From: Myxococcales bacterium
GTDB taxonomy: Bacteria > Myxococcota > Myxococcia > Myxococcales > JAJYLH01
Assembly (NCBI GenBank): GCA_021787845.1
Contig: JAJYLH010000001.1
Coordinates: forward strand, 238,736-302,735
Length of the DNA: 64,000 bases
Direction of reading: 5' to 3'
The notes under the pieces are model-generated. The model had not been told where the DNA came from and did not search any database. It saw only the letters and a list, made by a program, of their open reading frames with translations. Below, piece after piece: positions 60,473 to 64,000 of this stretch. Every line of letters begins with the position of its first letter. The first letter of the stretch is position 1. Both the position numbers and the translations under genes were made by a program.

Positions 60473-61693
60473 TCACTTCTTCGGGTTGGAACCGCCGTGA
60501 GGCGCTTTCTTGGGTGCGATGGCGGTCACGGTCACCGTCACCGGAGGCGGCGCCGCGGTGGGCGCGAGCTTGCCCGCCTCCGCTTCCTCCGCCATCGAAA
60601 GCTGCGCCACCCGGAACGTCTGGTAGGCCGCGAGGCTTCCGTGGATGGTCAGCGTCGCGACCATCCCGTGCGAGGTGGTCCCGTCGTTCAGGTTCCAGGC
60701 GGTCGAGTCGGCCTCGCCCGGGTTCAGGTAGAGGCGCGGGACGAAGGCGCCCTCCCGAATCAGGTTCGAGTCGAGGTCGGTCGCGCGCCCGCCCGCCTCC
60801 AGGATGTTCGCGGCGACGCCGAAGGGCACCGGGTGGGTGCGCAGGAAGGCCGTCAGGTTCCAGTCGCCGGCGTTGCCGTCCTTGAACGCGTCGATCGCCT
60901 CGTGCCCGTGGCCGTAGGGCTCCGCGTGGCTCAGGAGCACCACCGGCTGCGTCGCCGCGGCGATGATGGGAGCAAGAGCGCTCACGTCCTCCTTGAAGTA
61001 CTGGCACCCGGCCGGACCCTGGTTGAGAAAGCGGGCGTCGTAGTAGCCGGGCAGGCTCACCACCGACGCGGCGCCGAAGCGGACGAGGCGGATCCGGGTC
61101 ATGTCGACGACGTTCGGGTACTTCGCGTGGAGGGCGTCCAGCGCCGAGCGGAACGCGGTCCGGCCCTCGTGGTTCCCCGGAATCACCAGCACCGGGAGCC
61201 CGCTCTTCGCCAGCGGCTCCACCGTGCCCATCGTCTCCTCGCGGCTGTCGCCGGTGTCGCCAGCGACGAGAATCGCTTGCGCCTTCGCGTCGGCGAAGAA
61301 CTTCAAGTAGCGCTGGTCGTTGAAGAGGTTCTCGCCGGTCGGCTCCATCAGGTTCGCGAGGACGCCGAAGACGATCTCGCGACTCTGGTCGGGCTCGGTC
61401 AGGGTGAGCGTCGCCCCCTGCTGCCGAAAGGTGCGACCGTCGACCTTCACCTCGGTCGCGGGACCGCTCTCGGTGAAGGGGCCGACGCAGTCGGGCGCGC
61501 TCTGGCCCGAGACGCTGGCGGGCGCGCCGGGAGGCGCCGGAATCGCTGCCGAGGGGGTCGCCGCGGGCGTCGGGGTCACGGTCTTCGGCGCCGGAGCCGG
61601 CGATCGGGAGGTCCTCTGGCAGCCGAGAGCGCTGCCGAAGGCCAGGAGGGCGAACGCGAGAAGGGTCGAGCGAACGCGGGGACTCGGCGACAT
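60473..61693 (-). CDS. calcineurin-like metallophosphoesterase lipoprotein
   Basis: Lipobox LLAFGSALGC; GDTGD and GNHE phosphoesterase motifs; Pro/Thr-rich N-terminal linker. Confidence 0.65.
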   Translation of the reverse strand: MSPSPRVRSTLLAFALLAFGSALGCQRTSRSPAPAPKTVTPTPAATPSAAIPAPPGAPASVSGQSAPDCVGPFTESGPATEVKVDGRTFRQQGATLTLTEPDQSREIVFGVLANLMEPTGENLFNDQRYLKFFADAKAQAILVAGDTGDSREETMGTVEPLAKSGLPVLVIPGNHEGRTAFRSALDALHAKYPNVVDMTRIRLVRFGAASVVSLPGYYDARFLNQGPAGCQYFKEDVSALAPIIAAATQPVVLLSHAEPYGHGHEAIDAFKDGNAGDWNLTAFLRTHPVPFGVAANILEAGGRATDLDSNLIREGAFVPRLYLNPGEADSTAWNLNDGTTSHGMVATLTIHGSLAAYQTFRVAQLSMAEEAEAGKLAPTAAPPPVTVTVTAIAPKKAPHGGSNPKK

Positions 61694-61858
61694 GGCTTCC
61701 TTCTTCGCTCCTGCTTCAGCGCGCCTCTACTCTTGGTGCGCCGCGAGAGAGACCGACGACCGGAGAATCCCGAACGGCCGGCTCTTCGGAGCGGCCGGCA
61801 CTATACCACTCGCCGCTCGCTCGCCTTGTAGTGCCCCGAAGCGAGCCGCTTCCCGCGT

Positions 61859-63601
61859 CTAGCGGCCGTCGAAGATCTGGAAGACCACCCGCGAACGACC
61901 GTCTTCGGAGGCGGTCGCGAACGCCCGCCCGCCGTGCGCCTCAGCCGCGAGCCGGACGAAGTGCAACCCGAGCCCGTGCGCGTCCAGCCCGCCCGCCGCT
62001 GCCGGCGTGAACTTGCGAAACAGCTCCTCGCGCTGCTCGGGCGGCAGCGCCGGCCGCGCGTCGGTCACCTCGATCACCAGAAGCCGGTTCACGACGGACG
62101 AGCGAACCGACACCCGGCCGCCCGCCCCCGTCGCCCGCACCGCGTTCGCCACCAGGTTGCGCACCGCCCGCCCGACGATCTGCCCGTCGAGCGGATAGGT
62201 CCCGTCGGCGAGGTCGAGGTCGATCCCCACCTCCCGCCGCCGCGCCTCCGGCGCGATCTGCTGGACCGCGGTCTCCACGAGGAGCTTGAGCGCTGACGCT
62301 CGGCGGACGCACGGCATCCGGCCTTCCTGGAGGCGCGCGATGTCGAGCAGGTTCGTCACCAGGTCGATCACCGTGCGCAAGGACTTGCGGCTCTCCTCGA
62401 GGGAGGCGTCGAGAGCCTGGTCCGACCGCTCCGACGAGCCGATGGATTCCAGGTTGACGAGCGCAGCGGTCAACGGGTTTCTCAGGTCGTGGACGAGGAG
62501 GTTCGAGAGCGTGTCCTTCGCCCGGGCCGTCTGCTCGAGGCGCGCGCGCTGGTCGGCGAGGTTCCGGTAGGCACGGGCGTTCGCGAGCGCGGGCGCCAGG
62601 TGCGCCGCCGCCTTCTCGACGAGCGTGCGCTCTTCCTCGTCGAGCGGCTCGCCGGCCGCGGCGCCGACCAGAAGCACGCCCGTCACGTCCGGCCCGGCCA
62701 CGAGCGGCACCGCCAGCACCGAGACCAGGCCCAGCTCGGCGAGCTGCCGGTCCGCCGGCTCCAACGACCGGCGCAAATCGACCTCGTGGATCGTTCGCCC
62801 GGTGGCGACCGCCCGGTCGAGCAGGTCCCCCGGCGAATGGGGCAACCGCAGCGGCTCCCCGGGACCGCCGCCGGTGACCGGCAGCGTGAGCCGCAGCGAC
62901 CGTTCGGGGCCGTCGGGCGCGCCTTCGGCGGCCGCGAACGCCGCCCGAGGGATTTCCGCCGACAGCCGACTCCTGAACGCCTGCCAGACATGCGCCGGGT
63001 CGAGCGATTGCGCGACGGCTTCCGCCAGCGCGCAGACCGCCGCGCTCCGACGCCGCTCAGCGGCCGCCCGCGAGGCGAGCCGTGCCTCCTCCAGGACGAG
63101 CGCCACCGACTGGCCCACCCGCTCGATGAATCGAAGCGCCTCGCCGTCTGGCGGCGCCAGCGCGAGCACCTGGCAGAAGGGAACCTGCGACACGGTAGCC
63201 GCGGCCAGGCTCGCCGGGTCGAGCGCGGCTTCCGTCGCGATGGTCCTTGCGAGGTCGACGCCGGCGCCCGCCATCACGGTCAGCCGTCGGCGGTGCAAGG
63301 CTTGGAGCCTCCCGTGCGCCCCCGCGACCAAGAGCGTGTGCCCGTCGGGCTCCGCCACGACCAGCGCGAGCCCCTCCGCCCCGGCGGCCTCGCACAGCCT
63401 CCGGGCGATGCGTTCCTGCGCGTCGAGCGCCCGCTGATCGGCGATGAGGCCCTCGAGGAAGCGCACGATCCCCTCGGCGCCGGCGCGAGAATCCAGGGTG
63501 GGAAGGGAAGGCATCGTGCCCACCGAGAGCGGTGCCGGCAAGCCCACGTCCGAACGTGTCGTCGCACCGCCGATACGCCGCCGCGGGTCGTGGTTGCCCA
63601 T
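61859..63601 (-). CDS. GAF-domain sensor histidine kinase
   Basis: Two GAF-like regions, an H-box (LVHDLRNPLTA) and an HATPase_c G-box (GLGLHFVRLAAEAHGG). Start chosen at MGNHDP, which has a GGTGAGGAG RBS; the alternative start MPSLPT is at 63514. Confidence 0.7.
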   Translation of the reverse strand: MGNHDPRRRIGGATTRSDVGLPAPLSVGTMPSLPTLDSRAGAEGIVRFLEGLIADQRALDAQERIARRLCEAAGAEGLALVVAEPDGHTLLVAGAHGRLQALHRRRLTVMAGAGVDLARTIATEAALDPASLAAATVSQVPFCQVLALAPPDGEALRFIERVGQSVALVLEEARLASRAAAERRRSAAVCALAEAVAQSLDPAHVWQAFRSRLSAEIPRAAFAAAEGAPDGPERSLRLTLPVTGGGPGEPLRLPHSPGDLLDRAVATGRTIHEVDLRRSLEPADRQLAELGLVSVLAVPLVAGPDVTGVLLVGAAAGEPLDEEERTLVEKAAAHLAPALANARAYRNLADQRARLEQTARAKDTLSNLLVHDLRNPLTAALVNLESIGSSERSDQALDASLEESRKSLRTVIDLVTNLLDIARLQEGRMPCVRRASALKLLVETAVQQIAPEARRREVGIDLDLADGTYPLDGQIVGRAVRNLVANAVRATGAGGRVSVRSSVVNRLLVIEVTDARPALPPEQREELFRKFTPAAAGGLDAHGLGLHFVRLAAEAHGGRAFATASEDGRSRVVFQIFDGR

Positions 63602-64000
63602 GGTGCTCCTCACCCCGCGTTTCGCGATTCTGCCAAAGCCGGGCGGCGATGAGCGCGAAATCGCCCTGGCCGCGCCTGGCGCCGGCCGGGTCGGCGATTC
63701 GCCGAGCGCGCGGCTGCTGGGGTCTGGGGATGTCCCGGAGCGCCGCATCCTCCTCATCCTCCTCGACGGGCCGAGCGAAAGAGGGGCGCACCTGTCCATC
63801 GAGCCAGGGGCGCCGGCCGGGCATCGCGGCGGTCTGCTGCTGCCGTCGGAGAACCGGGATCCCTGGCGCCTGCCGCTCGAACGCCCAGCGTGGCCCGGCA
63901 CCATCGACCTTCCGATTCTGGTGCGACAGGTGATTTCGACTCGCCGGTGGCGTTGCAGCTAGCCGGCTGCGGTCTCACCAAACGTGAGCGCTGCCAATGG

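Overview
This is a high-GC (roughly 70%) chromosomal segment. Gene content and order suggest a Myxococcota-type deltaproteobacterium, for example an Anaeromyxobacter/Myxococcus-like organism; I could not run a search to confirm this. The track contains many long ORFs on the strand opposite the real genes (e.g. 46..2358+, 2102..6595+, 7121..10609+, 45867..49952-). I treat these as high-GC artefacts. Where the real gene starts inside a longer ORF, I placed the start by codon counting from the track ORF ends (error about 3 nt).

Main content:
(1) The left 17 kb is one long minus-strand array: a type IV pilus (T4P) assembly cluster with a fused pilM-pilN ORF, then pilO, pilP and the pilQ secretin. 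It continues through a Cys-rich lipoprotein, a large Ig-like/thrombospondin-type-3 calcium-binding surface protein, a Roadblock/LC7 protein, efp, an MshN-like TPR protein with 93-bp tandem repeats, an MshM/ExeA-like AAA ATPase and a truncated AsmA-family protein.
(2) Housekeeping genes fill much of the rest: an SDR oxidoreductase, rarA, nadK, metG with a HEAT-repeat gene and tatD, a PSP1/RicT-like protein, pyrD, rimI, an SPFH protein, HU, an ABC-F ATPase, tRNA-Leu(CAA), thiC, glyS, purC, gluQ, yebC-ruvCAB and lon.
(3) Accessory-looking pieces are two Uma2-family (DUF820) paralogs, a sigma-54 enhancer-binding response regulator followed by a hotdog-fold protein and a Kce-like 3-keto-5-aminohexanoate cleavage enzyme, a giant lipoprotein (about 1370 aa) with repeated beta-sandwich domains and an FG-GAP propeller, a PilZ protein with a C-terminal transmembrane anchor, a vWA lipoprotein, a metallophosphoesterase lipoprotein and a GAF histidine kinase.
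(4) Two non-coding items stand out. A palindromic repeat family (core GACCGATCGGTC) occurs four times, always just 3' of a stop codon. A 264-bp element bounded by 16-bp perfect inverted repeats with nested hairpins lies at 22709..22972; it may be a MITE or a structured RNA.
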